From: a virus
DNA length: 64,000 nt
Reading direction: 5' to 3' (one strand)
IMG/VR virus record: IMGVR_UViG_3300027836_000007
Location: 42,813-106,812 of that record
Position 1 is the first letter of the stretch. Every line of letters starts with the position of its first letter. The notes beneath the pieces are model-generated. The model was not told the DNA's origin. It worked only from the letters and a program-made list of their open reading frames with translations, and did no database searches. Position numbers and translations under genes: made by a program. Shown here piece by piece: positions 1 to 9,117 of this stretch.

Positions 1-2719
1 GATAGAAAATACCTAAGTATTCGTCTGAGCTTACTAAGCCAGTATCATTATCTTCTACTGCGCCAGCTGTGTTCTTGCCCCAGTTGTTCAAGCTAGTAGC
101 ATCACTAGTTAAACGTGCTGGTGTATCGCCAACTACGAATGCTGTTAAGCCTCTATCGTAGTTTAGACTTACTAACTCACCAATTAATTCAGGATATCCT
201 GGGCAAGCAATCAAGTTAAACACACGAGATTCTTCGTCACGAATTTCTTGATTGGCATTAACAAGTGCTTGTAGAGCTTGTACAACAACTTTACGTTGTG
301 CTTTACGTCCAAATGTTCCAACGCCATTTTCTTGGTTGCCAGACTCTGTAACCCAACGATGTGGATAGTAGTCAGTCATCAATTCGCCGTTGTTAAAACG
401 AGCGTTTTCGCCGTTAACATCAACGTAATCACGTACAAATTTCTTAACGTTAAATCCGCTTCTACGCAAGTTCCATAACAACATACCTGTTGGATATAGT
501 GCTGGATCTGGAGCGTCAAAGTCTAAGAAATTACTGTCTAGTAGTTCAACAATAGTGCTAGATGTTTGAGCAGTAGCAGTACCACCGTTTATTGCCCAAC
601 GAGCATCAGCAAATAAAATGCCGTCTTCTGTTGTTTGGTCAGTAGTGTCTACAGAAACCCATTTTTGTAAACTTACATTAAATTTGTAAATTGATGGATA
701 GTTTTCAATGTCACTTGTGTCAATCCACAAGTCGCCTTGACGTAATGTTCCGCCATCTGGATTTAGTTTTGGCTTAGTAGCCGCTACCATCGGGCCACCT
801 GCCCAAGGCTCTTGACCACTGTTCCATGTATAATTTTGATAGCCAACCCATGTTGTACCGTTGTTAATCATGACATCAACTTCGTCGACTAAACTGCTGT
901 ACCATAACTGGCCGTCAGCGGCTTCTGTTACCGGAGCAATTGCTGAAGTTGTAATATCTGCGTATGGGCTCCATAAACTAGCAACGTACTCGCCTGCTGT
1001 TGCGCCTGCGTAAAAGTTTACAGTTGTTGAGCTGTTATTAACATTAAACACGGTAAACAAATCAGTAATAGCAGTACCAGTTGTATCGTCAAATAATATT
1101 TCGCCGCCGTCATTGTGAGTAATTACCACTGCGCCGGTTGTAGTCTTAGATACTGTAATTCTAGAAGTAATCGGCAAGCCGTCCCATGTAGCATCAGCTA
1201 GTTTTGCTGTTAGTGCGGCAATAAAGCCGTCAACTCCAGTTGAACCTGTAAATGATACGCTTAGTGCGTCGGACAATGTATCTTTGCCTTTTACAGTTTC
1301 TTGAATTGTGAATACATTACTTGTAGATGTTGTGAACGATGTAATTACATCAGATGTAATTGTTGTCGAGCCGGCAGATCTACGAGCGTAAACTTTGAAT
1401 GTTGCTTCAGAAGCAGTTAATTCTTCGATATTTGACTTGATGTACAATGCGCCCTGTGCTAAATTGATACCGCCGCCTGATGAATCTAAACCTTTTAAAG
1501 CGTAAGCCGAATCTTGATAAATTGGGGCTGTTTTTTCAATCCACGCACCAGTTGCTTCGCTGTATACTTTAACTCTCCAACGCGAACCTAAGTTAGGCTC
1601 AGTTGTTTTAATCCATAAAGAACCAGTCGGATTGCCGTCATTATAAGTGCTTGGACTAATTAGACGTTTAAAGTTTGGTACTACAGTATGAGTACTGATT
1701 TGTAATGATGGAGCTCTGTATGTGCCAGACGCCATGCCTACTTTAACTAACGCAGAACCTGACAGTACAATACTTACACCAGTTGAATATAATTCTAAAC
1801 GGTTGTTAATAATTGCAGCAGTAACACCTGGGATTGCTGATGTTGCGTCGCCTTCGCCAGCGTCGCCTAGTTCAGCACCAGTCATGATGTCTGTAACTAA
1901 TGAGCTTAATGTAGTGTGTCCAGTATAAATGTATTCGTCAGTACCATTAATAGTGATAACAAACGCATCGCCTGATGCTAGTGTTGGGCTTGAAATTGAA
2001 CCTTGTACCACTGGCCAGCTGGCACGCCATGCTGTTGAACCTACCGCTACCCATGTACCTGCTGGTGTTGCTGTTTTAGCTTTCTTAAACCAAAGAGCAT
2101 AATTGCCTTCGTCTAAAGTAATAGCATAATCGCCTACTGCGCCGATGCTTGCTTTAGGAGATGCTCCGTTGCCGCCGTTGCCAGCTTCTAATTTACTAGC
2201 TTCAGTAATGATTGTTGGGACTTGATTAACAAATGTTTGACCAGTGGTTACAGTTGCTTCTGCGCTGTTCCATTGGAAAATACCAAATTTACTATTAGCA
2301 GTATCTAACCAATATTGGCCATCTACTGGTGAGCCAGCTGGTGCTTCGGACTGGGCATCTAATTGATCCAAGTCTAAATTAGCACGAATAACATAAGCAC
2401 GATTGCTTACGCCCAAATAGCTGTATGCTGTTTGTAGTCCGTATTCGTTCTGTTCGCCAGCATGAATAGGATTGTTGTTTGCGTCTGTTTTAAACGTAGG
2501 TGTACCAAACGTATCTGCCAAGTCTTTCTGACTTGTTAGCAAATATGTCTTGCCAGCATTGGCCGCTAGTGTGCCAGTTGCTGTTCCTGTGTTTGAGCCA
2601 TTGGCTTTATTTTCAGCCGATGCTACGATGATTAAAGGGGTTGTGCCCGGTGCCGCTGGTGTGTAAAAACTTTCGTCTATTACGGTAACTGCTACGCCCG
2701 GTGAACTTAATTGAGCCAT
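1..2719 (-). CDS. g18: Contractile tail sheath protein (T4 gp18-like), enlarged; 3' end runs off the window
   Basis: Not in the ORF track because no stop lies in the window. Manual translation from ATG at 2719 (SD GGAG upstream) gives MAQLSSPGVAVTVIDESFYTPAAPG...LTSQKDLADTFGTP...EQNEYGLQTAYSYLGVSNRAYVIRA, a typical sheath N-terminus. The same frame near 300-1 reads ...FNLIACPGYPELIGELVSLNYDRGLTAFVVGDTP..., the sheath core. I checked both ends but not every internal codon. Confidence 0.9.
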   Translation of the reverse strand, partial: MAQLSSPGVAVTVIDESFYTPAAPGTTPLIIVASAENKANGSNTGTATGTLAANAGKTYLLTSQKDLADTFGTPTFKTDANNNPIHAGEQNEYGLQTAYSYLGVSNRAYVIRANLDLDQLDAQSEAPAGSPVDGQYWLDTANSKFGIFQWNSAEATVTTGQTFVNQVPTIITEASKLEAGNGGNGASPKASIGAVGDYAITLDEGNYALWFKKAKTATPAGTWVAVGSTAWRASWPVVQGSISSPTLASGDAFVITINGTDEYIYTGHTTLSSLVTDIMTGAELGDAGEGDATSAIPGVTAAIINNRLELYSTGVSIVLSGSALVKVGMASGTYRAPSLQISTHTVVPNFKRLISPSTYNDGNPTGSLWIKTTEPNLGSRWRVKVYSEATGAWIEKTAPIYQDSAYALKGLDSSGGGINLAQGALYIKSNIEELTASEATFKVYARRSAGSTTITSDVITSFTTSTSNVFTIQETVKGKDTLSDALSVSFTGSTGVDGFIAALTAKLADATWDGLPITSRITVSKTTTGAVVITHNDGGEILFDDTTGTAITDLFTVFNVNNSSTTVNFYAGATAGEYVASLWSPYADITTSAIAPVTEAADGQLWYSSLVDEVDVMINNGTTWVGYQNYTWNSGQEPWAGGPMVAATKPKLNPDGGTLRQGDLWIDTSDIENYPSIYKFNVSLQKWVSVDTTDQTTEDGILFADARWAINGGTATAQTSSTIVELLDSNFLDFDAPDPALYPTGMLLWNLRRSGFNVKKFVRDYVDVNGENARFNNGELMTDYYPHRWVTESGNQENGVGTFGRKAQRKVVVQALQALVNANQEIRDEESRVFNLIACPGYPELIGELVSLNYDRGLTAFVVGDTPARLTSDATSLNNWGKNTAGAVEDNDTGLVSSDEYLGIFY

Positions 2720-2752
2720 TTGTTGATCTCCAATGAATACGATTCCTACTTG

Positions 2753-2759
2753 TATTTAG
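2753..2759 (-). promoter_or_regulatory. Putative late promoter (CTAAATA) for the tail sheath gene
   Basis: TAAATA core of the T4 late promoter TATAAATA, about 35 nt upstream of the sheath ATG; the motif recurs before other structural genes. Confidence 0.65.
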
Positions 2760-2814
2760 TGGATTTTGGCAATTCGGCCTACATATACCGCCGTAAAAAG
2801 GTTTCAAAAAGGCT

Positions 2815-2820
2815 TAAATA
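2815..2820 (+). promoter_or_regulatory. Putative late promoter (TAAATA) for the HNH gene
   Basis: TAAATA 4 nt before ATG 2825, divergent from the sheath promoter. Confidence 0.55.
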
Positions 2821-2824
2821 AAAT

Positions 2825-3151
2825 ATGAGACCATTATGTAGTTGTGGACGTAGTCCTGTAGCAATTAATTATTATAAAGAAGGCCAACCTTTTTATAGAA
2901 AGTATTGTGGACCTTGTTTACGCGGTGTAAAAGCACCACGTTGGTCTACTGCTGGCTACAAAATAAAAAACACTTGTGATAAGTGCGGTTTTAAAAGCCC
3001 TTATTCAGAAGTGTTTAATGTGTTTCATGTGGACGGCGATTTAAACAACTGCCGCCACACTAATCTCAAGACTGTATGTTCAAACTGTCAGCGACTGCTT
3101 CATCGTGAAGGCGTGAAGTGGCGTCAAGGTGATCTTGTACCAGACCTTTAA
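2825..3151 (+). CDS. Small zinc-binding HNH-family protein
   Basis: CxC and CxxC pairs, then CDKCG...FHVDGDLNNCRHTNLKTVCSNCQRLLH, an HNH-like signature. Confidence 0.75.
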   Translation: MRPLCSCGRSPVAINYYKEGQPFYRKYCGPCLRGVKAPRWSTAGYKIKNTCDKCGFKSPYSEVFNVFHVDGDLNNCRHTNLKTVCSNCQRLLHREGVKWRQGDLVPDL

Positions 3152-3764
3152 CTTGAGCAAACAAGTCATCGATTGATCCATTGTTATCTAGTATAGCATC
3201 AAACTTGGTTCCAACCCATGCTGTTTCGCTAGCATGTATACCAGCTTTTTCAAGTTTGCTACGGCTAGTAGACCATGAAAAATTACCAACTTCGCCACGA
3301 TTAGCATTGATAGCATCTTCGTACCATTCGGGTTCTTCGCCACGGACAACACGTACAACAATGCCGCCTGCTGATTTAATTGATTTAATTTCGTTGGGGA
3401 AACGACAGTCTGAAATGACTACATCGTCCTTGCTGTTACGCAGTTTGTTTTCCAATGACGCAATCCAAATATCATCGTGAAATCCTCTACGGCAAACTTC
3501 TGTGCCCCAATATTGTAGTACCCAGCGAGGAGTCAAATTAGGCATGTTCAAGCGTTCTGCCCACCATGGATCTACTTGTTCACGCCATTCACGGGCGGAT
3601 TTTGTGCGCCCTTCTAGCATTGTTCTGTCCCAACCAAATACATTGGCTACCGCATCTTTAAGAGTGTTGGCAAAACTTTCTCGTCGAAATTCGTGAAAGT
3701 TAGTTAAGTAATCTGCTATTGTATCTTTACCAGAACCAATAAAACCGCATACGCCAATAATCAT
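3066..3764 (-). CDS. Deoxynucleoside monophosphate kinase (T4 gp1-like)
   Basis: N-terminal P-loop IIGVCGFIGSGKDT, plus SFANTLKD, TPRWVLQYWGTE, VVISDCRFPNE, HASE and NNGSIDDL motifs. Confidence 0.9.
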   Translation of the reverse strand: MIIGVCGFIGSGKDTIADYLTNFHEFRRESFANTLKDAVANVFGWDRTMLEGRTKSAREWREQVDPWWAERLNMPNLTPRWVLQYWGTEVCRRGFHDDIWIASLENKLRNSKDDVVISDCRFPNEIKSIKSAGGIVVRVVRGEEPEWYEDAINANRGEVGNFSWSTSRSKLEKAGIHASETAWVGTKFDAILDNNGSIDDLFAQVKGLVQDHLDATSRLHDEAVADSLNIQS

Positions 3765-3786
3765 AGTAGTCTCCTAATGAACTACT

Positions 3787-3815
3787 AGTATATAACAGTT
3801 TTATTACAAGGTCAA
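3787..3815 (-). promoter_or_regulatory. Sigma70-type (early/middle) promoter for the dNMP kinase
   Basis: Minus strand reads TTGACC-17 nt-TATACT, followed by SD AGGAG and ATG 3764. Confidence 0.75.
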
Positions 3816-3823
3816 ACTATTTG

Positions 3824-4615
3824 TTAGCCAATTACAAATGTCATCGGGGTTCCGCCTGACACATATTCAACCAATTCTTTGTCCATTGCAGCCAATTCTT
3901 CTTTGCCGGCTGACAATAATGCTGTGCCGTTAAGGGTAATAGGACTTCCTGGACCAGCGATAGATCCAAACTTGCTACGTGCTTCACCTAGCATCATTTT
4001 AGCTACTGCTAGAGTATAATCTTTCAACCATTGCCCTGAATAAATGTCTTGCAGTAATACAAAATCAGGACGGTAGTTGTGTGTGCGAATTAATACTTGT
4101 TCGCCTTCAGCAAAAGGACGTTGTAGTATTGTTAGTGTGTGATTACTTTGACGCCATTTAAATTCAATGTATGCGCCAAACATACGTCCTACTAATTTTT
4201 GATATCCGCTAAACAATTCGTATGTTGCTAGTCCACCCATCATACTTCCGCTCAACAAATAGCTGTTGGTATAAGCCAAGTTGAATGGTTCAAAAAGGGT
4301 ACCGCCTGCCCCTAACCCACTTCTACTTCCTATTGCTCTTCTAAAAATACTCTGCACTTCTATTACTTCATTGGGCAAGCGGTACTCGTTTTGATCTTTA
4401 ATTAATTCTAAAAACATGTAACTTTCTTCTACACTCGCTGAACTACGTTGTCTAAAACGTGCGATAGCACGATCTAAAGCAGTTTCATAGTGCTTTGGAT
4501 CTAGTTCAACTTCGACCATGCCGTCCGCCAGCATTGTACGCACATAATCAAACACTTTATTGCGTTCGATTGTGCTATCTGACAGTCCGGGATCGGTTGG
4601 GTAAGTATCTGACAT
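3824..4615 (-). CDS. Neck/head-tail adaptor protein (T4 gp13-like)
   Basis: L.DGMVEVELDP.HY..ALD.A, YRLPNEVIEV, WLKDYTLAVAK..LGEARSKF..I.GP...I.LNG and C-terminal P.TFVIG. Start moved from 4633 to 4615 because SD GGAG precedes MSDTY. Confidence 0.8.
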   Translation of the reverse strand: MSDTYPTDPGLSDSTIERNKVFDYVRTMLADGMVEVELDPKHYETALDRAIARFRQRSSASVEESYMFLELIKDQNEYRLPNEVIEVQSIFRRAIGSRSGLGAGGTLFEPFNLAYTNSYLLSGSMMGGLATYELFSGYQKLVGRMFGAYIEFKWRQSNHTLTILQRPFAEGEQVLIRTHNYRPDFVLLQDIYSGQWLKDYTLAVAKMMLGEARSKFGSIAGPGSPITLNGTALLSAGKEELAAMDKELVEYVSGGTPMTFVIG

Positions 4616-4631
4616 AATAAGTTCTCCACTC

Positions 4632-4653
4632 ATATTTATCTTACGATAAATAT
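4632..4653. promoter_or_regulatory. Back-to-back divergent late promoters (ATAAATA on each strand)
   Basis: atatttatc-ttac-gataaatat is a perfect 9-bp inverted repeat between the divergent neck genes. Confidence 0.75.
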
Positions 4654-4657
4654 CACT

Positions 4658-6070
4658 ATGCCAAGAATATCATTATACCGACCAGAAAAAAGCAACGATT
4701 ACAAGTTCATTGACCGCCAAGTTTCAGAGATGTTTCAAGCGGGTGGAACTGACGTTTATATACACAAATACCTGGGCCCTAAGCTGGCTACAGAGGGTAC
4801 TGCTGACCAACCTATCTATAATGCGGTTAAAGAAACTAACATTCAAGATTTGCTGTTCTTAGAAAACCGCGATAGAAAATACGCTGAAGAAATTTACCGT
4901 ATTCGTGGATTATATAATGTACAAAACATAGATTTTAACCTAAGTCAATTTGGTTTGTTTATTGACCAAGGCACATTGTACATGACTGTACATATTAACG
5001 ATTTTATCAAACATCTTGGACGTAAACCTATTAGTGGTGATGTTATCGAATTGCCTCATCTACGTGATGATTTTGCTCTTAACGATTACGATATCAGTTT
5101 GCCACGTTACTATGTTATTGAAGATGTGGGCCGTGCTAGCGAAGGATTTAGTGTTACTTGGTTCCCGCATTTGTACAGATTAAAACTTAACAAGATTACT
5201 GATAGTCAGCAGTTTGCTGACATATTAGACAAGCCTGCTAAAGATGCTAACGGTGATAGTTCTAATCAAACATTGCGCGAATTACTCAGTACTCACAGTA
5301 AAGAGCTGGAAATCAACGATGCTATTTTACAGCAAGCAGAAGCAGACGCTGGACAAAGTGGTTACGAAACTAGACAATTTTATACTCTAGCAGTTGATCC
5401 AACTACTGGCAAGCCAGTGCTTAATACTTCAGACACTTCCACGTTAGACGCTAGTATCACTAGCATTACTGCTCTTGAAAGTAACGCTCGTCCACAACGT
5501 ACTGGCTACACTGGCTACTTGGTAGCTGACGGATTTCCTAGCAACGGTTATGACTTTGGACACGGAATTCAATTTCCAGAAAACCCAGGCCCGGATGATT
5601 TCTTCTTGCGTACTGATTACTTGCCTAACAGATTATACAGATTTGACAGCACACGTTGGGTTAAAGTTGAAGATAATGTACGCATGACAATGACCAATAC
5701 TGATACTCGTGCTACGCAGAAAACTGGATTTATTAATAATTCAACTTACATTTATAACGAGGCAGTAGTACAAGATTGGATCCAGCTTGCTGTTGGTGCC
5801 ACAACAATTACAACCACTATCGATTATCCGCAGACAGCAGTATATCTAGTGTTGAAATTAGAAACTACAGAAATTGCCTTTACAATAGCAGACCACACTG
5901 GCATTGTTACCGATAACGGGTCTGGTAAAATATTAGTAACATTACCAATTATTGCCGCTGAGCAACAAGCAATTCCTTATGCGGGTACATGGAAATTAAG
6001 TCTATGTAATAATCGTGAAGCGCAAAGACAAAGTTTATCGAAAGCTCTTAGACCAAAGGCAGATTTATAA
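4658..6070 (+). CDS. Neck/head-closure protein (T4 gp14-like) with C-terminal extension
   Basis: DRQVSEMFQAGGTDVYIHKY, DLLFLENRDRKY, LSQFGLFI and P.SGDVIELP motifs; position between gp13-like and gp15-like genes. Confidence 0.7.
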   Translation: MPRISLYRPEKSNDYKFIDRQVSEMFQAGGTDVYIHKYLGPKLATEGTADQPIYNAVKETNIQDLLFLENRDRKYAEEIYRIRGLYNVQNIDFNLSQFGLFIDQGTLYMTVHINDFIKHLGRKPISGDVIELPHLRDDFALNDYDISLPRYYVIEDVGRASEGFSVTWFPHLYRLKLNKITDSQQFADILDKPAKDANGDSSNQTLRELLSTHSKELEINDAILQQAEADAGQSGYETRQFYTLAVDPTTGKPVLNTSDTSTLDASITSITALESNARPQRTGYTGYLVADGFPSNGYDFGHGIQFPENPGPDDFFLRTDYLPNRLYRFDSTRWVKVEDNVRMTMTNTDTRATQKTGFINNSTYIYNEAVVQDWIQLAVGATTITTTIDYPQTAVYLVLKLETTEIAFTIADHTGIVTDNGSGKILVTLPIIAAEQQAIPYAGTWKLSLCNNREAQRQSLSKALRPKADL

Positions 6071-7530
6071 TGCAACATTTTTACGATGGACAAATAAGAA
6101 GATATCTCACACAAACTATTCGTGTGTTTAGTAATTTTGTTGTCAAATACGGTGATGGAACACTTGTGCGTGTACCTGTTATGTACGGCGATGCCGATAA
6201 ACAAGCCGCTACTGTTGTACGTCAAAACTCAGAAAATAAAATTAACTCAGTACCTAAAATTGCTGTTTATATTTCTGGCCTGGCAATGGACACTACTAGA
6301 CTAAGCGATTCAACTTATGTAGGTAAGGTACATGTGCGTGAACGTGATATTAACGGTGATGTTTACACTACTGGACAAGGTAAGAATTATACTGTTGAAC
6401 GTATGATGCCTACTCCGTTCAAACTTACAATTAAAGTAGACATATGGACGGCCAACACTGACCAAAAATTACAACTACTTGAACAGATTTTAGTGTTGTT
6501 TAATCCAAGTTTAGAACTACAAACAACAGACAACTATATCGACTGGACTAGTTTAAGTGTTCTTAACTTAACCGGAGTTAATTGGTCAAGTAGACAAGTT
6601 CCAGTGGGAACAACTGACGCCATTGACATTGCTTCACTGACTCTCGAAACTCCAATTTGGATTAGTCCGCCAGTTAAAGTTAAACACCTTGGTGTTATTA
6701 CAAAAATTATTACCAGCTTGTATCAAGGATCTAGCACAGATTCTACCTACATTGACGGATTAGGTCAACCGTTAACAAATCCAGATGTAACACTGTCTTC
6801 ATTGTTGGCACAAGATGTTGTCACTATTACAGATTACAACATACAAGTGTACAACGGGCAAGCAATTTTATTAGCAAAAACTGAAAGCAGTGTTCCTAGA
6901 GAACCTACATTAGATATTCCTGTACGTCAAGGTACACCAATTCAATGGCAAGATGTATTCGATGTATATCCTGGCAAATACACTGCCGGGTCCAGCGCAT
7001 TGTATCTAACACAGCCTAACGGGGTTGAAGTAGTAGGAACTGTTGCTATCAGCCCGTTAGATCCAACACTACTTACTGTGGCGTGGGATAGTGACACTAT
7101 TCCAAGTGATACACTAATTGATAGCCAAGGACGATTAGATAATCATCCAGACTATGGAGATGGTGTACAACATCGCAGTGGCAGTCCAGGAACATTTGAT
7201 GCTATTGTTAATCCGCTTACATATAACCCAGCAACTCCAGATGCTGGTACTAGGTTGCTAATTGTAGAAGATATTGGCAGCGCAAATAATAGCGTACCAG
7301 CTGCCGCTTGGGGTACGTTAGTTGCTAATGCTAACGATATTATTGAGTGGACTGGCACTGAATGGAATGTAGTGTTTAATTCTGTTCAAGAAACCAGCAC
7401 TATGGTGTGGCAAACTAATATATACAAGAGCCAAGCAAACTTTAGAGTACAGTATGTCTGGAATGGCGTACAGTGGGCTAAGAGCTTTGAAGGCGAATAT
7501 AGGGTAGGCGAATGGAGACTAGAGCTTTAA
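6070..7530 (+). CDS. Tail completion/sheath stabiliser protein (T4 gp15-like) with C-terminal extension
   Basis: MQHFYDGQIRRY, RVPVMYG, MPTPFKL...DIW...QKLQLLEQILVLFNP motifs; TAATG coupling to the previous gene. Confidence 0.8.
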   Translation: MQHFYDGQIRRYLTQTIRVFSNFVVKYGDGTLVRVPVMYGDADKQAATVVRQNSENKINSVPKIAVYISGLAMDTTRLSDSTYVGKVHVRERDINGDVYTTGQGKNYTVERMMPTPFKLTIKVDIWTANTDQKLQLLEQILVLFNPSLELQTTDNYIDWTSLSVLNLTGVNWSSRQVPVGTTDAIDIASLTLETPIWISPPVKVKHLGVITKIITSLYQGSSTDSTYIDGLGQPLTNPDVTLSSLLAQDVVTITDYNIQVYNGQAILLAKTESSVPREPTLDIPVRQGTPIQWQDVFDVYPGKYTAGSSALYLTQPNGVEVVGTVAISPLDPTLLTVAWDSDTIPSDTLIDSQGRLDNHPDYGDGVQHRSGSPGTFDAIVNPLTYNPATPDAGTRLLIVEDIGSANNSVPAAAWGTLVANANDIIEWTGTEWNVVFNSVQETSTMVWQTNIYKSQANFRVQYVWNGVQWAKSFEGEYRVGEWRLEL

Positions 7531-7961
7531 CAGATAGAATAGTATGTAGCGGAGCATTGTTCTACGCCAAGTCTACACGAAGATTTCTACTGTTACAAAA
7601 AGCTCATGGTAAACATACTGGCACGTGGGGATTAGTTGGGGGTACAAACTTACAACACGAAAATCCATGGCAAGGTCTACAGCGTGAAGTCCAAGAAGAA
7701 ATTGGATCTATGCCCGCAGTAATTAAAACAATTCCATTAGAAACATTTGTGTCTAACGATAAAATCTTTAATTTTCACACATACTTGTGTGTAATACAAG
7801 ATGAATTTATTCCTGTATTAAGCGATGAACATTGTGCGTGGGCATGGTCAACTATTGATTATGCGCCAAAGCCCTTACATCAGGGACTGCGTAACAGCTT
7901 TTCAAACAAAACAATTCGTACTAAATTACAAACTGTATTTGATATAGTGGAGTTAATCTAA
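7512..7961 (+). CDS. NUDIX hydrolase
   Basis: Complete Nudix box G-TNLQH-E-NPWQGLQ-REVQEEIG, preceded by GTWGLVGG; later L.DEH..WAW. Confidence 0.9.
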   Translation: METRALTDRIVCSGALFYAKSTRRFLLLQKAHGKHTGTWGLVGGTNLQHENPWQGLQREVQEEIGSMPAVIKTIPLETFVSNDKIFNFHTYLCVIQDEFIPVLSDEHCAWAWSTIDYAPKPLHQGLRNSFSNKTIRTKLQTVFDIVELI

Positions 7962-8533
7962 TGATTAAAAAAGCAGAATGTTGGATATTTCCGACCATTA
8001 TAAATGTTTATAATTTGTTAGATGTGGTCGATCTAACAGAAGTTAACGAAAAAATTGAAGAAACTGAAGTAGTTAACACTTATCATAAGTTGTTTAATGG
8101 CAAGGGTTTAAGAAGTAACTCTTCTCAGTTTTTGGATTCAAACGCAACTCTCAAGAATGCTATTCAGGAATGTATAGATCTGTATGCTGATCAACTAGGA
8201 CTATATCCGTGTAAACTAACCTATAGTTGGTGTAACATATATAGAGACGGCAGTACAATAAAGCCTCATCGACATGAACTCAGTTTAGTAAGCGGAGTAT
8301 TTTATAGTAAAACCGATGATGATTCAGGGCAACTGGTGTTTGATAACCCATGTCAGCCTTTTAAAGTCAATGAAATTTCTACGAGATTAACTGAATACAA
8401 CAGACAAGCATTTAACTTTGAAATTTCACCTGGAGATTTAATATTATTTCCCAGTTGGATGATGCATTATACTGAAAATAATTTTTCTAATCAACGATAC
8501 GTGGTTAGTTTTGACACAGGATTAAAACAATGA
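7961..8533 (+). CDS. Putative Fe(II)/2OG oxygenase, TIGR02466-like (HxH...H)
   Basis: FPT, SWCN, PHRH..SLVSGVFY, GDLILFPSWMMH, RYVVSF. Confidence 0.85.
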   Translation: MIKKAECWIFPTIINVYNLLDVVDLTEVNEKIEETEVVNTYHKLFNGKGLRSNSSQFLDSNATLKNAIQECIDLYADQLGLYPCKLTYSWCNIYRDGSTIKPHRHELSLVSGVFYSKTDDDSGQLVFDNPCQPFKVNEISTRLTEYNRQAFNFEISPGDLILFPSWMMHYTENNFSNQRYVVSFDTGLKQ

Positions 8534-9117
8534 GCTGGTTTATAAAAGATTTAAATTATACAAATGAGCCGTTTGCATACGCAACGGGTGTTCTTACAGA
8601 TGATGAAATAAAATTAGTAGAAATATTGGCTAGCAAAAGTACTATGCAAGGAGATGGCGCTTTAGAAGGCGGTATTTCTGACGAGGCAATACGTAAAAAT
8701 AAAATTTCCTGGCTTGAAGTCTGTGAAGAGTCTAAAGACCTTTACATAAAAATATCAAATGTTGTTCAGCAGCTAAATGAAAGATTTTATAGATACGATT
8801 TAACAGAAATGGAAAATTTACAGTATGCCGAATATCACTCAGATACACTAGGGCATTACACAACACACAGCGATGACGGTTACAAATATAATCTTTTTAG
8901 AAAATTAAGTCTAAGTATTCAACTGTCGGATGAATCGGAGTATCAAGGCGGCGAATTAGTATTCCATCGATTTTCAACAAACCATCCAGAAGCCGCGCCT
9001 AAAACCAAAGGAACACTAATTCTGTTCCCTAGTTATGTACTACATGAAGTAACTCCTGTAACAGAAGGCGTAAGAAAAAGTTTAGTTTCGTGGGTAGTAG
9101 GGCCAAGATTTAAATGA
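8530..9117 (+). CDS. PKHD/prolyl-4-hydroxylase-type Fe(II)/2OG dioxygenase
   Basis: LQYAEY...HYTTHSD, RKLSLSIQLSD..EYQGGEL, FPSYVLHEVTPVTEGVRKSLVSWVVGP. Confidence 0.9.
   Translation: MSWFIKDLNYTNEPFAYATGVLTDDEIKLVEILASKSTMQGDGALEGGISDEAIRKNKISWLEVCEESKDLYIKISNVVQQLNERFYRYDLTEMENLQYAEYHSDTLGHYTTHSDDGYKYNLFRKLSLSIQLSDESEYQGGELVFHRFSTNHPEAAPKTKGTLILFPSYVLHEVTPVTEGVRKSLVSWVVGPRFK

Noticed and set aside
2613-2807. 64-aa minus-strand ORF at the sheath start
   Set aside because: It is out of frame with the true sheath gene starting at 2719, which has an SD and a recognisable N-terminus.
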